From positions 93-32,092 of the forward strand of contig JAWOFX010000106.1 of assembly GCA_046497275.1 (NCBI GenBank): a stretch of 32,000 nt of DNA, given 5' to 3'. The stretch is from Promethearchaeia archaeon (GTDB lineage Archaea > Asgardarchaeota > Lokiarchaeia > Sigyniarchaeales > SOKP01). The notes beneath the pieces were generated by a model. That model was given only the letters and a program-made list of their open reading frames with translations. It did not search any database and was not told where the DNA came from. Made by a program: the position numbers and the translations under genes. Positions 1-9,658 of this stretch are shown in pieces (the first letter of the stretch is position 1; the number at the start of each line of letters is the position of its first letter).

Positions 1-269
1 AATTTAGTTTAAAACCTTTACCGATAGCATATACTTTTTCTTAATCATTTAAATAATTATCTTTTTTTTTGAAATATTTTCACGAAGATTTATATATATC
101 TTAATTAAAAGTATTAATTTAACAAAAAAAGGTAAAGAATTGAGTTTCCAAAACACTAAAAGGATTAGATAATGAAAAAAGTCGATTTAAGAAACTGAGG
201 AAAAAAATAAATTTATATAAGATCAAAAAATAATATTTAAATAGAATACTCAATTTGATGTAATTTGAT

Positions 270-683
270 ATGAAAATTTCGAAATTAGAACTCATTGATA
301 AGGTGAAATATGCCAAAGATGCCTTATTAGAGAAGGAAAATACAAAGGCGGCACAAATTCTTGAAGAGCTTCTGCAAGATGATCCCATAAATGACCACTT
401 GTGGCTGCTTTTTGGCATTGTAAAACGAAGAATGAATGAATTTGAGAAGGCGATTAGTTGTTTTGAAACTGCGATAGAACTTAATCCTTCATTAGAAGAA
501 GCTTGGGGTTTATTAACCATTACTTATTTAGATATCAATGATAAGAAGCAAGCAGAAAATGTGATGAAAAAAGCTTTAGAATTAAATCCATATAATAATA
601 AAATACAGTTTTATCAAGAAAATCTCATTAATGTTTACCTAAAATTTGGCTCCTTTTTTGACAAGTTTGATAATGTAGCCTAG
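270..683 (+). CDS. TPR-repeat protein
   Basis: Two clear TPR units (LWLLFGIVKRRMNEFEKAISCFETAIELNP; AWGLLTITYLDINDKKQAENVMKKALELNP). Confidence 0.85.
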   Translation: MKISKLELIDKVKYAKDALLEKENTKAAQILEELLQDDPINDHLWLLFGIVKRRMNEFEKAISCFETAIELNPSLEEAWGLLTITYLDINDKKQAENVMKKALELNPYNNKIQFYQENLINVYLKFGSFFDKFDNVA

Positions 684-879
684 AAATTTAATCAAATTAA
701 ATATATTTTTGCCCTTTCTTTACGATTTTTATTGATTATAAAATTGTTCAATTTTTTCTTTTTTTTCAAATTAAAATAATGAAAAACTTCACGTTTTTAT
801 ATGCCGACACTATTATGTTATTACCCTATTAATAAAATTTCTTATAGGGGAACAAAAAAAGTTATAGGGTTAAGGCATT

Positions 880-1140
880 ATGACTTTAAATTTTGAAGAT
901 AAAGAGCATCTAAGAAGAGCCTTTTTAAAAGAATTAAATTGGTTTGAAGAGGAATTAGATCTCTTATTTAACGGGAAAACAAGTAATTTCACGCAAGAAG
1001 ATTTTAAATTAGCCGAAAAAATTTTAGATGGTATGTCTGAAATCATAAATAAGTATAGTTATGAAGAATTCTTATATGTTCTAACGTCAAAATTAAATAA
1101 TATCAATAAAAAATACCCTGAATTATTTAAGAATTTATAA
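880..1140 (+). CDS. Small helical hypothetical protein (86 aa)
   Basis: ATG start, protein-like charged and helical composition, followed by a pyrimidine-rich tract at 1141-1170. Confidence 0.7.
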   Translation: MTLNFEDKEHLRRAFLKELNWFEEELDLLFNGKTSNFTQEDFKLAEKILDGMSEIINKYSYEEFLYVLTSKLNNINKKYPELFKNL

Positions 1141-1324
1141 TCTCTTTCTTTTCTGAGTTTTTTATCTTTTCAAATTTAATCTAATTATTAATCAAGCTAT
1201 AATATAATAAGAGTAAATTATTATTAGAAAGAATTTTTAATATTGAAAACTCTCAATTACTATTAAAGAAAAAAAAGTAAATTTCGTAAAATAATTATAT
1301 GATTTGAGGTGTTGGATAAATTAA

Positions 1325-2182
1325 ATGAATGAAAAAAGTGTCTTTATTACAGGAGCTGCGACAGGAATTGGTAAAGCGTTGTCATTAAAATTAAATCAGA
1401 TGGGATGGAGGATATTTGGTACCTATAATAGAACCCCCCCAGATGATCTTCTTAAAAAAGCATCGCCTAATATTACTATGATGAAGTGCAATGTAGCAGA
1501 TCCAGAAGCCATAAAAAAAGCGGCAGAAAAAGTTGAAAAGGAATTAGGGGATGCTGGATTATCTTTATTAATCAGCAATGCAGCAATGACGGGTGCACCC
1601 GGACCTGTTGAAACATTAGATTTAGAGGAATTCCATTTTTTAATGGAAGTGAACTTTTGGGGACCGATACGTTTAGTACAAGCATTTCTCCCTCAACTTC
1701 GAAAATATGAAAATGCGAGAATAATAATAGTGACTTCTACATCAGTATATCTCACTATCCCTCTTGGAAGTACTTATCCCACTTCGAAAAGCGCTTTGAG
1801 TGCATTAACTCGTCATCTTCGCATGGAAATGGAACCATTTGGTATCCAAGTTACCGCATTAGAACCTGGTGGAGTGAGAACAAAAATGACAGGATTTACA
1901 AAAGAAGAAGAAACCAAATTATGGGAATCAATACCTCCTCATTTATTGACTCAATACCAAAAATATTTCTCCAATCCTGGCGATCAGATTGAAGAAAACT
2001 TTAAATTATGGTCTCCTGCACGATTTGCTGAAAAAGTATATAAAAAAATTATTCTTGCTAAAAAATGGAAACCCGTGTATATCATTGGACCAGGAGTGAG
2101 GGCACTTCCAATCATGCGTCGATTATTCTCGCGCAGTCGAATAGAAAAAACTTTTAAAAAATTATTTGGTGTTAAATCTTAA
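1325..2182 (+). CDS. Classical short-chain dehydrogenase/reductase (SDR)
   Basis: TGAATGIG cofactor motif, LISNAA, catalytic YPTSK (YxxxK), LEPGGVRT. Confidence 0.93.
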   Translation: MNEKSVFITGAATGIGKALSLKLNQMGWRIFGTYNRTPPDDLLKKASPNITMMKCNVADPEAIKKAAEKVEKELGDAGLSLLISNAAMTGAPGPVETLDLEEFHFLMEVNFWGPIRLVQAFLPQLRKYENARIIIVTSTSVYLTIPLGSTYPTSKSALSALTRHLRMEMEPFGIQVTALEPGGVRTKMTGFTKEEETKLWESIPPHLLTQYQKYFSNPGDQIEENFKLWSPARFAEKVYKKIILAKKWKPVYIIGPGVRALPIMRRLFSRSRIEKTFKKLFGVKS

Positions 2183-2192
2183 TTTTTTTTTT
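2183..2192 (+). terminator. Oligo-T tract (archaeal intrinsic terminator candidate)
   Basis: T10 run directly after the SDR stop codon. Confidence 0.55.
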
Positions 2193-2287
2193 AAAAAAAA
2201 CTCGTTTTATATTTTGCCAATTTGGAGTTTGATTTCCAATCAATCATAAGAATTTCTTTATAAAAGTATAATTCATTTGAATTTGAA

Positions 2288-2647
2288 TTGCAAAAGGATG
2301 ATACCACTCAAGAGATAGTAAATAAAAGAGAGTTACACCAGTTCATTGCCAGTATAACGTTTTACTTGGTGGTTTTTAACTCTCAAGTTTTTATTAAAGA
2401 GGGGAGCAAACATTCGAGAGCAGATTATGCATTGTTTGCGTCACAGCGGGAATTGTTTTATGATAATGAAATCACGGGATTATCTTCAAAGGGGATTGGA
2501 AGTAGACAATTAAGTCCCACTGGACTTAGTATTATGTCCATATGGGGCGATAAATGGAATCGAGATGCAGGTGGTAGGATTGTGTGGAATTACGGTGATT
2601 GCTGGCCAATATACATGTTTGATGACTGTTTAGGGATAATTGATTGA
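2288..2647 (+). other. Doubtful 119-aa ORF or uncharacterised GC-richer segment
   Basis: TTG start, no recognisable motif, codon and amino-acid usage unlike neighbours. Contains a perfect 7-bp hairpin TAAGTCC-CACT-GGACTTA (2511-2528). Confidence 0.25.
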
Positions 2648-2733
2648 TTTAAATCTCACTTCCTTTCATCCAGAGACGATATTTTGAAATTGGAATAAAT
2701 TTTAATATCCATAATACCTTAATACCTTGATAA

Positions 2734-3900
2734 ATGCCAGAATTCAGAATCAATAAGTTTTTATCTCTCATATTAGATGGTAATCAGACTATTATTTATG
2801 TAAAAGGAGTACCGTTTATTCATTGCAAGTCGCTATTGATCACGATTCCTAAAGATCAAGTCCAAAATTTTGATAATATCAACTCGATTGATGAGGCAGA
2901 AGAAAAATATGAATTATTAGATGACGATATGGGATATAGAAATGCTGAAATCTCTCCAGAGACCGAATTTTGGGGGCATTGTTCCAACCTTCAAGTCTGG
3001 GCAGAGAATGGCTATGATACTCGCTTTCTCCATTCAAACATTGCATTTGCCTTACTTAAGAAATTAACAGAGGTCGGTGATCCGAAAGCAAGAGGAAGAT
3101 TTTACGAGGAGATAAAATATAGATACGCGCACGGCTCCAAAAGTGTGAGAGAATATCTTAGGCGGGAGGCATATCTTGATTGTCTTCCCGAGGACCAGAG
3201 GTTCCATTTACTCGTAAATGACGATGATTTCAATGCAGTCTATGATCTTTCAGAAGAACTACGTCCTCATTACGGAGATCATTCCCTTAATGCAGTAAAA
3301 AGTGTAATCAAAATTGAAGGTCAGCGTATCACTGAATTATCGATTCGAGGAACTAATCTCGAAGAGATCCCAAAATCAATTTCGAAGTTTAACTCATTGG
3401 AATTTTTAGACTTGAGTTATAATGGATTTACAGAAATTCCATTAAACATATTGGAAATGGAAAATCTTAAAAAATTATATTTTGATAATAACAACCTCCG
3501 CTATATACCCAGCAGAATAACTCGAATGAAATTATTAGAGCATTTAGATCTCTCATTCAACAAATTAAGATGTCTTCCTAAGAGGATTGGCAAACTTAAA
3601 AATCTGAAAAAATTATCTCTTTCTAGAAATCTGATCTATAGATTACCAGAATCCTTCTCGAAGTTGAAACAATTAGAATCCTTATATTTATCTTTTAATA
3701 AACTAATAACCTTACCGGAATGGATTGGACAACTAAAAAATTTAAAATGCTTAAGTCTAAGGGGTAATAAATTAAGAGAATTGCCATCATCTTTCGCGAA
3801 TTTAAAAAAATTGGAACACTTGGATCTCAAAAAGAACAAATTTACAGAATCCCCTGAACTGCTAAGTAGCTTACCTAATCTTAAGAGAACTGATATTTGA
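2734..3900 (+). CDS. Leucine-rich repeat protein with Lokiarchaeia-type conserved N-terminal domain
   Basis: Eight 23-aa LRRs (LxxLxLxxNxLxxLPxxIxx, about 3328-3897). N-terminal EFWGHCSNLQVWAENGYDTRFLHSN motif recalled as typical of expanded Loki families. Confidence 0.9.
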   Translation: MPEFRINKFLSLILDGNQTIIYVKGVPFIHCKSLLITIPKDQVQNFDNINSIDEAEEKYELLDDDMGYRNAEISPETEFWGHCSNLQVWAENGYDTRFLHSNIAFALLKKLTEVGDPKARGRFYEEIKYRYAHGSKSVREYLRREAYLDCLPEDQRFHLLVNDDDFNAVYDLSEELRPHYGDHSLNAVKSVIKIEGQRITELSIRGTNLEEIPKSISKFNSLEFLDLSYNGFTEIPLNILEMENLKKLYFDNNNLRYIPSRITRMKLLEHLDLSFNKLRCLPKRIGKLKNLKKLSLSRNLIYRLPESFSKLKQLESLYLSFNKLITLPEWIGQLKNLKCLSLRGNKLRELPSSFANLKKLEHLDLKKNKFTESPELLSSLPNLKRTDI

Positions 3901-3939
3901 AGATGGTATGGTTCTTCTTCTGATCCTCAATTTGCCACA

Positions 3940-3948
3940 TTTTTTTTT
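3940..3948 (+). terminator. Oligo-T tract downstream of LRR gene
   Basis: T9 run 40 nt after the LRR stop, between convergent genes. Confidence 0.4.
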
Positions 3949-3955
3949 GCATAAT

Positions 3956-4711
3956 TTATTTTCTGTGACCCGTTCTTCGGGCAGCTATTTGTCCAACTTT
4001 GCGGCCGGGTGGAGTATTGCGACCGATTGTTGTTGGCTTATGAGGAGACTGCTTAGCGCCTCCGCCGAAGGGATGAGAACAAGCATTCATCGTAACACCC
4101 CTGACTACGGGCCATTTTTTAGCTTTTGACCTCACATAATAATGTTTACTTCCTGCTTTTAGAAAAGGTTTATCAGTCCTGCCCCCGCCAGCAACTACTC
4201 CGATTGTACATAAACAATTTTCATTGAACCATTTTGATTTTTTAGATCTGAATTTCACACTTACTTTATTCCCAGATTTTTCCTTGATAATTGCAGACAC
4301 ACCAGAAGCGCGTGAAAATTTGCCCCCATCATTTGGTTTACCTTCAATATTACACACAACCGTTCCAAGAGGGACATCTTTCAGAGGAACTATATTTCCC
4401 ACGTTAATCATGGCTTGTTTAGCTTTGATGGTTTTCTTTTTATCGATATCTTTTCGAGTTTGTACATATTCATCTCCTACATATACACCCTCAGGAGGCA
4501 AATATAAGCCTTTTAGACCATCTTCATATCTAATTTTTGCGACTGGAGCCCCTCTTCCAGGAGAGTGTATAAAATCAACGATTTCAAAGGAATATTTCAT
4601 CTCGCCTTCCTTAAATGGGCGATATCTCACTGATCCAATATGACGATGACTTGGACTACGTGCCCATGTATGTCCATATCCTTTCCTCTGTGCTAAAATT
4701 CTTTTTCCCAT
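3956..4711 (-). CDS. rpl2: 50S ribosomal protein uL2
   Basis: MGKRILAQRKG start, IHSPGRGAPVA, GVVAGGGRTDKPFLKAG, WPVVRGVTMNACSHPFGGG. ATG at 4711 preferred over the track's GTG at 4720. Confidence 0.97.
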   Translation of the reverse strand: MGKRILAQRKGYGHTWARSPSHRHIGSVRYRPFKEGEMKYSFEIVDFIHSPGRGAPVAKIRYEDGLKGLYLPPEGVYVGDEYVQTRKDIDKKKTIKAKQAMINVGNIVPLKDVPLGTVVCNIEGKPNDGGKFSRASGVSAIIKEKSGNKVSVKFRSKKSKWFNENCLCTIGVVAGGGRTDKPFLKAGSKHYYVRSKAKKWPVVRGVTMNACSHPFGGGAKQSPHKPTTIGRNTPPGRKVGQIAARRTGHRK

Positions 4712-4865
4712 CTGTATCACTTGAACATGTCAAATAAATAATGTAAGAAAAATAATTGTTAAAACTTTAAATTTTTTATTCTTTTTCAAGTAGAATTAAA
4801 ATTTATCAATAAGAATTGAATTACTTTTGGATAGGTTTTTGAGTTAATTTATAAAAATTTAGGCT

Positions 4866-6224
4866 TTAAAGCTTATTATCTTCTAATAAGTCGTCAATAT
4901 CGTAATTAAACGCAATAGGAATTTCTCGTTCTAAGAACTCCCCGGCAATATTCGTGGATAATAATTCTTTTGCTTCTTCATAATTGTCTGTTTGTCCTAA
5001 AACCCATCCTAATTTCACGTATCCCACTTCGGGGATCATATTTTTACCTGAGATAACTCCCATATTAATTAATTCTCTACCAGTTGAGTATACATTCATA
5101 CCTGTAAACCCGTGAAGAGTTTGAGTTGTCATTAATACTACAATTTTCTCTTCGATGGCACGTTGAATCGCATCAAATACTCGATGACTTACATGTCCTA
5201 ATCCAGTTCCGGCAATAAGGATTCCTTTATATCCCTTATCGACATAAAAATGAATTTCCTCATTCGTTAATCCTGGATATGAGTAGACGAATCCAATCTT
5301 CTCTTCAAATTCTGTGAGGGCTATAGTTTTTCTTTTCCCTTTCTTACGATAATCATTTGTAAACATTCTGATTTTTCTGTCCTTAACCATTCCCATTGGA
5401 ATATTATCTATCGTTCTAAAGGTATTTCGATATGAAGAATGCATTTTTCGTACTAAAGTTCCTTTATGAATTAAGTCATATTCATGAGATGAAGACCCAA
5501 GCATCACTACCACTACTTCAGCGATATTTGAGGCAGCAACAGAAGCAGCATTAATAAGATTCATTGCCGCATCAGATGATGGTCGGTCAGAGCTACGTTG
5601 ACTTCCAACTATGACTACTGGAATTGAGAGATCTTTCAACATAAATGATAATGCCGCAGAAGTATAACCCATAGTATCTGTTCCATGGGCGATAACAATG
5701 CCATCTCTTCCAGAATTAGAAAGTTTTTGGATTTTATTAGCTAATTTTTTCCAATATTCTGGTTTCATATCTTCCGAATAAATTTTAAAAACAATCTCCG
5801 TCTCAAGATTGCATACTTCAGCTAATTCTGGGACTGCGCTGAAAAGTTCCCCAGGACTAAACGCAGGAATTACAGCTCCTGTGGTATAATCTAGACGAGA
5901 TGCTACAGTCCCTCCAGTTCCTAATAGAGTAATTTCGGGGAGTCCTTTTGTCGTAGGAAATTTTTTTTCAGGGATCTTATACTTCGCTTCTCTTTTTCCA
6001 ATCTTTTCAATATTTTTGATATCTTCAACTTTAATACCCACATTATAATTATTTTCTAATTTAATCTCAATAAATCCTGGCTCAGAATATTCATTTCTTG
6101 GTAAAAGAATTCCTTCAAAATCCGTTTTATCAGTAAATACCCTTATAATATCCCATATTCCCAGCTTCTTTTCATTTAAGAATTCCTTTACTTTTTCCTT
6201 ATATCCTTTTAATTTATCATTCAT
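4866..6224 (-). CDS. gatD: Glutamyl-tRNA(Gln) amidotransferase subunit D
   Basis: Asparaginase-like LGTGGTVASRLDYTTGAV, HGTDTMGYT, VGSQRSSDRPSSD plus N-terminal GatD domain; abuts gatE. Confidence 0.97.
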   Translation of the reverse strand: MNDKLKGYKEKVKEFLNEKKLGIWDIIRVFTDKTDFEGILLPRNEYSEPGFIEIKLENNYNVGIKVEDIKNIEKIGKREAKYKIPEKKFPTTKGLPEITLLGTGGTVASRLDYTTGAVIPAFSPGELFSAVPELAEVCNLETEIVFKIYSEDMKPEYWKKLANKIQKLSNSGRDGIVIAHGTDTMGYTSAALSFMLKDLSIPVVIVGSQRSSDRPSSDAAMNLINAASVAASNIAEVVVVMLGSSSHEYDLIHKGTLVRKMHSSYRNTFRTIDNIPMGMVKDRKIRMFTNDYRKKGKRKTIALTEFEEKIGFVYSYPGLTNEEIHFYVDKGYKGILIAGTGLGHVSHRVFDAIQRAIEEKIVVLMTTQTLHGFTGMNVYSTGRELINMGVISGKNMIPEVGYVKLGWVLGQTDNYEEAKELLSTNIAGEFLEREIPIAFNYDIDDLLEDNKL

Positions 6225-8153
6225 TTAGTTCATCTCCTTTAAATTTTGCGTTATTGCTTCTTTTAATTTTTTTGATATTATAGCACCGTCAATCTTACCT
6301 CGTAATCTTTTCATCGCATCTCCCATCAATGGTCCCATTGCTCGCATTTCCTGTTCTTTGATTAAATCTTTGTTTTTATGAATAACTTCATCGATTATTT
6401 GATTAAGCTCATCCATAGAAACCTTCTCAATTTTTAACTTTTCCTTTACCTCTTCAATTGAGAGAGTTGGATTATCGGCTTTTTCTGCCATTATTTCTTC
6501 AATTGCTTCTTTCCCAATCTCTCCATCGTTTAATAATGTAAAAATTTCTTTATAATTCTCGTTAGAAATATTTTCAATTTCCTTTCCATCCCTTTTAAGA
6601 GCAGTTGTGGTCTCTAAGAGAGTTGTAAGGATATGAGTTGGATTTTCTGGGTAAATTTTAACGAGAGTATTAAACAATTCCAAGTCCCCATTGAAAATTA
6701 AGTCTTTAATTACTCTTTCTTTAGTGTTATATTTTTTAGAATAATCTTTAATAATTTCCCATGGATAATCAGGCAATTCATCTTGAATAGCTTTTATTTC
6801 TGATTGTTTATTAATAATGGGTTTTGTATCTGTGTCAGGGTACAGACGTGCTCCTCCATGAAGTTCTCTCAAGAATTCTGTATTTCCATTATCTAATGCT
6901 TTTCTTGTTTCAGGTGGGACTCCATTAAACGCAGATCTAACACGGTCTTTAATCACATTAGAAGCTTTTTGTACTTCATTTTCATTTCCGATAATTAAAA
7001 CAAAACAATCCTTCTCATCATACCTTAATTTTTTCTTAATTATATTGATATCCGAATCTGAAAACCCATAATCTTTTAGATTCTCATCAGAGTGGATAAT
7101 TCCTTTCAATCCTGAGATTGATTGAACTTTACTGCTTACTTCAGTTCCAAAACGATAATCGGGAATAAGTTCCATTCCAAAAATTCCACTAAAATTTTTA
7201 AAATTAATACCAACAAGATTTTTTCCTTTTTTAAATCCATTTGCGATAAATTTACAATCTGTTTTTTTTAAGTCATGTGAAAGGTCTATTGGATTGCCGA
7301 TCGCATCCTCCTGTTTTATGTTCATATCTTTTAATTTTTCTTTAATTTTTAGAAGATTGTATTGACGTGAAATTTCATGATTAATTAAGACAGGAATCCA
7401 ATCCAATTTCTGTACTCCCTTTATTTCTATTCTCGTTCCTCCTTTTATACTCACATTTATATCCTGTCGAATTGAACCTAACAATTTTTTTACTTTAGTA
7501 GACCATAATAAGAGCCCTAAACGTTCTGCACATTCTCTACACTCATTAGGGTCATTAATATCAGGTTTTGTTGTTACTTCTACAAGAGGTATGCCCAATC
7601 TGTCTAATCTAAAAATATTAGTTTTTTCTAGCGTTTCAATTTTACGCGCGGCATCTTCTTCTAAACACAAAATATCTATTCTAATTTTCTTTCCTTTTTC
7701 TAATTCAATATAACCATCTTTGGCTAAAATCATGGTTCTTTGAAAACCACATGGTACGCTTCCATCAAGATAGTTTTTTCGACACACATGCATCTCTTTG
7801 ATAATATTTGAATTAAGAAGTAGAGCAATTTCTAAGGCGATTTTTCTTGCCTCATCATTACAATCAAAGGGAGGAGTTTCATCCATTTCATATGTGCATA
7901 TTACATCGTTATAGCATTCATAAATGGTTTTCATCTCTTTTTCATACTCTGTAAGCATCGCCTCATCATAGGCACCCATCTCTCCAAGCACAGGCCTCAT
8001 TTCTCTCCGTAATATAAAATCTGGTTCTCTTGTTCCTTGTAGTTCATTCGGACATCTACAAAATAGCTTTTTCTCTGAATCAAGCTGTTGATGGATCTCT
8101 AAACCACATTTTAAGCCTAGTTGTTTATAATCAAAATCTTCCATATTTATCAT
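6225..8153 (-). CDS. gatE: Glutamyl-tRNA(Gln) amidotransferase subunit E
   Basis: GLKCGLEIHQQL, KNYLDGSVPCGFQRT, LEEDAARK, LDRLGIPLVEVTT, GGARLYPDTD, C-terminal RAMGPLMG. Start may be the second ATG (MEDFDY). Confidence 0.97.
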   Translation of the reverse strand: MINMEDFDYKQLGLKCGLEIHQQLDSEKKLFCRCPNELQGTREPDFILRREMRPVLGEMGAYDEAMLTEYEKEMKTIYECYNDVICTYEMDETPPFDCNDEARKIALEIALLLNSNIIKEMHVCRKNYLDGSVPCGFQRTMILAKDGYIELEKGKKIRIDILCLEEDAARKIETLEKTNIFRLDRLGIPLVEVTTKPDINDPNECRECAERLGLLLWSTKVKKLLGSIRQDINVSIKGGTRIEIKGVQKLDWIPVLINHEISRQYNLLKIKEKLKDMNIKQEDAIGNPIDLSHDLKKTDCKFIANGFKKGKNLVGINFKNFSGIFGMELIPDYRFGTEVSSKVQSISGLKGIIHSDENLKDYGFSDSDINIIKKKLRYDEKDCFVLIIGNENEVQKASNVIKDRVRSAFNGVPPETRKALDNGNTEFLRELHGGARLYPDTDTKPIINKQSEIKAIQDELPDYPWEIIKDYSKKYNTKERVIKDLIFNGDLELFNTLVKIYPENPTHILTTLLETTTALKRDGKEIENISNENYKEIFTLLNDGEIGKEAIEEIMAEKADNPTLSIEEVKEKLKIEKVSMDELNQIIDEVIHKNKDLIKEQEMRAMGPLMGDAMKRLRGKIDGAIISKKLKEAITQNLKEMN

Positions 8154-8253
8154 AAATTTAGTCTAATTTATTATCTTTTTTACAATTATTATCTAAAATT
8201 ACGATTTACTTTAGAGGGAAGAAAGAAAAGTGAAATAATAGGGAAAATTAAAC

Positions 8254-9324
8254 TTATTTTAAATAATATTTTCCATTGTATTCTTTCACTTTCACATAAT
8301 TTGAAAGATACTCTAAAAAAAATTCTCTTTGTTCTTGTTTAGAGGGGTTTAAACGGATTCTAAAGATTAATTCTTGTTCATTCTCAATTTCAATCCAGTG
8401 AAGCTTTTCAAAAAATCTTAGAAAATTTAATAGACGATTTTCCATATTTCCATATTTTTCTATATTTTCTTCTATTAGTTTTATCCATCTGTGTCTAGCA
8501 AAATCATCCTCAAAATCAATAGACACATCCTTATCAGAAGCCATTTTCATCCATAAATAATAATCATGATCTTTAAGCACTCCAGTATAATTAATAAAAA
8601 ATTGGATATTGTAATCTATTAATTTACGTAGTTCTTCTCTGGAGACATTTTCCTCAAACATCAACTCGATGCCTTCTGCCTCAATCCGATAATAGGAATT
8701 CTTAGGTGAATGTATAAAACTTGTTAATTTTATCCCTAAAAGACCAAATATCGCACTAACAAATTTTGCATTCTCATATATAAGATTTTTATAGAGACTA
8801 GTTACCTCCACTCTAAACTTTGGATAAATTGAATCATTTTGGGTTATAACTTCAAAATTCAGATGAGAACTTAAATTATTCTCTCTAAAATAGTTTTCCA
8901 ATCTTTTAATAAAGATTTCTAATTTATTTACATCTTTTTCTGTAAAATAGTCCTTAAAAAAAATTTTCATTGCTGAAAAAAAACTCAAAGTCCCTTCATA
9001 ATCAAGTTCAGTATATTTATTAGTCTCAAGAATCATTTCATAAAAGGGAATTGTAGCTTTGAAGCTGAATTTGTCATAAAAACTATTAACTTCTTCATCT
9101 ACAAATTTTTCAAAATCATCAAGAGTTTTTCCTCGTTCAAATGCATTAAGAGTTTTTTCCATTACTTGGGTATAAAAAGCAGAGATACTTTTATATCTCT
9201 CATCCTCAGGATGTTCATTTTTCATTTTATTAACATATCTATTAATCCAATCTTTTAGAGCTGGAGATATGGATATACATTGTTGAGAAGTCTTTTTAGT
9301 CGATAAATATTTTTTTGATGTCAT
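8254..9324 (-). CDS. Conserved-looking hypothetical protein, possible N-terminal ribbon-helix-helix
   Basis: Long ORF. Start moved to ATG 9324 (MTSKKYLS) because the track's upstream 37 aa are AT-rich promoter-like sequence. Confidence 0.75.
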   Translation of the reverse strand: MTSKKYLSTKKTSQQCISISPALKDWINRYVNKMKNEHPEDERYKSISAFYTQVMEKTLNAFERGKTLDDFEKFVDEEVNSFYDKFSFKATIPFYEMILETNKYTELDYEGTLSFFSAMKIFFKDYFTEKDVNKLEIFIKRLENYFRENNLSSHLNFEVITQNDSIYPKFRVEVTSLYKNLIYENAKFVSAIFGLLGIKLTSFIHSPKNSYYRIEAEGIELMFEENVSREELRKLIDYNIQFFINYTGVLKDHDYYLWMKMASDKDVSIDFEDDFARHRWIKLIEENIEKYGNMENRLLNFLRFFEKLHWIEIENEQELIFRIRLNPSKQEQREFFLEYLSNYVKVKEYNGKYYLK

Positions 9325-9658
9325 TTTTTGTTGGATAAATTTTGTTTTTATATAATATATTAAAAAATGCAAAATATAAAACACTTTTTCAAATAATTTT
9401 ATGTTATTCATGAAAATAATATAAAAATGAAACAATTTCCTTAATTTTATTCAAAATTAAATATTATTGAATATCTTTTTCTAAATCGCTCTTAAATTGA
9501 ACATTTATAAAATAATAATCTAATAGTATTATTTAAATATAAAACTCAATACTATAAAGATAATAAACCAAAAAGAGAAAAAAGGGGAGCTTTACAGGAG
9601 GGCTTTTTTCAATTCTTATTTGAAGAGATAAATTTCATTAACATAATATAGCATTAAT

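Noticed and set aside
119-520. Minus-strand 133-aa ORF
   Set aside because: Antisense shadow of the TPR gene with non-protein-like composition.
4418-4456. In-frame (39-nt) uL2 insertion as a second BHB intron
   Set aside because: I found no 4-bp central helix with flanking bulges and no intron stem; the sequence reads as ordinary Lys-rich coding DNA.
3636-4643. ORFs 3636..3839, 3908..4129, 4224..4643
   Set aside because: Antisense shadows of the LRR gene and rpl2.
9325-9435. N-terminal 37-aa extension of the 8254 gene
   Set aside because: An F/I/Y-rich translation of AT-rich promoter DNA; ATG 9324 is the more plausible start.
9570-9610. G-rich patch downstream of elp3 as a hairpin terminator or SECIS-like element
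   Set aside because: The pairing is weak (mostly G-U), and no gene in the window has an in-frame UGA at a plausible Cys/Sec position.
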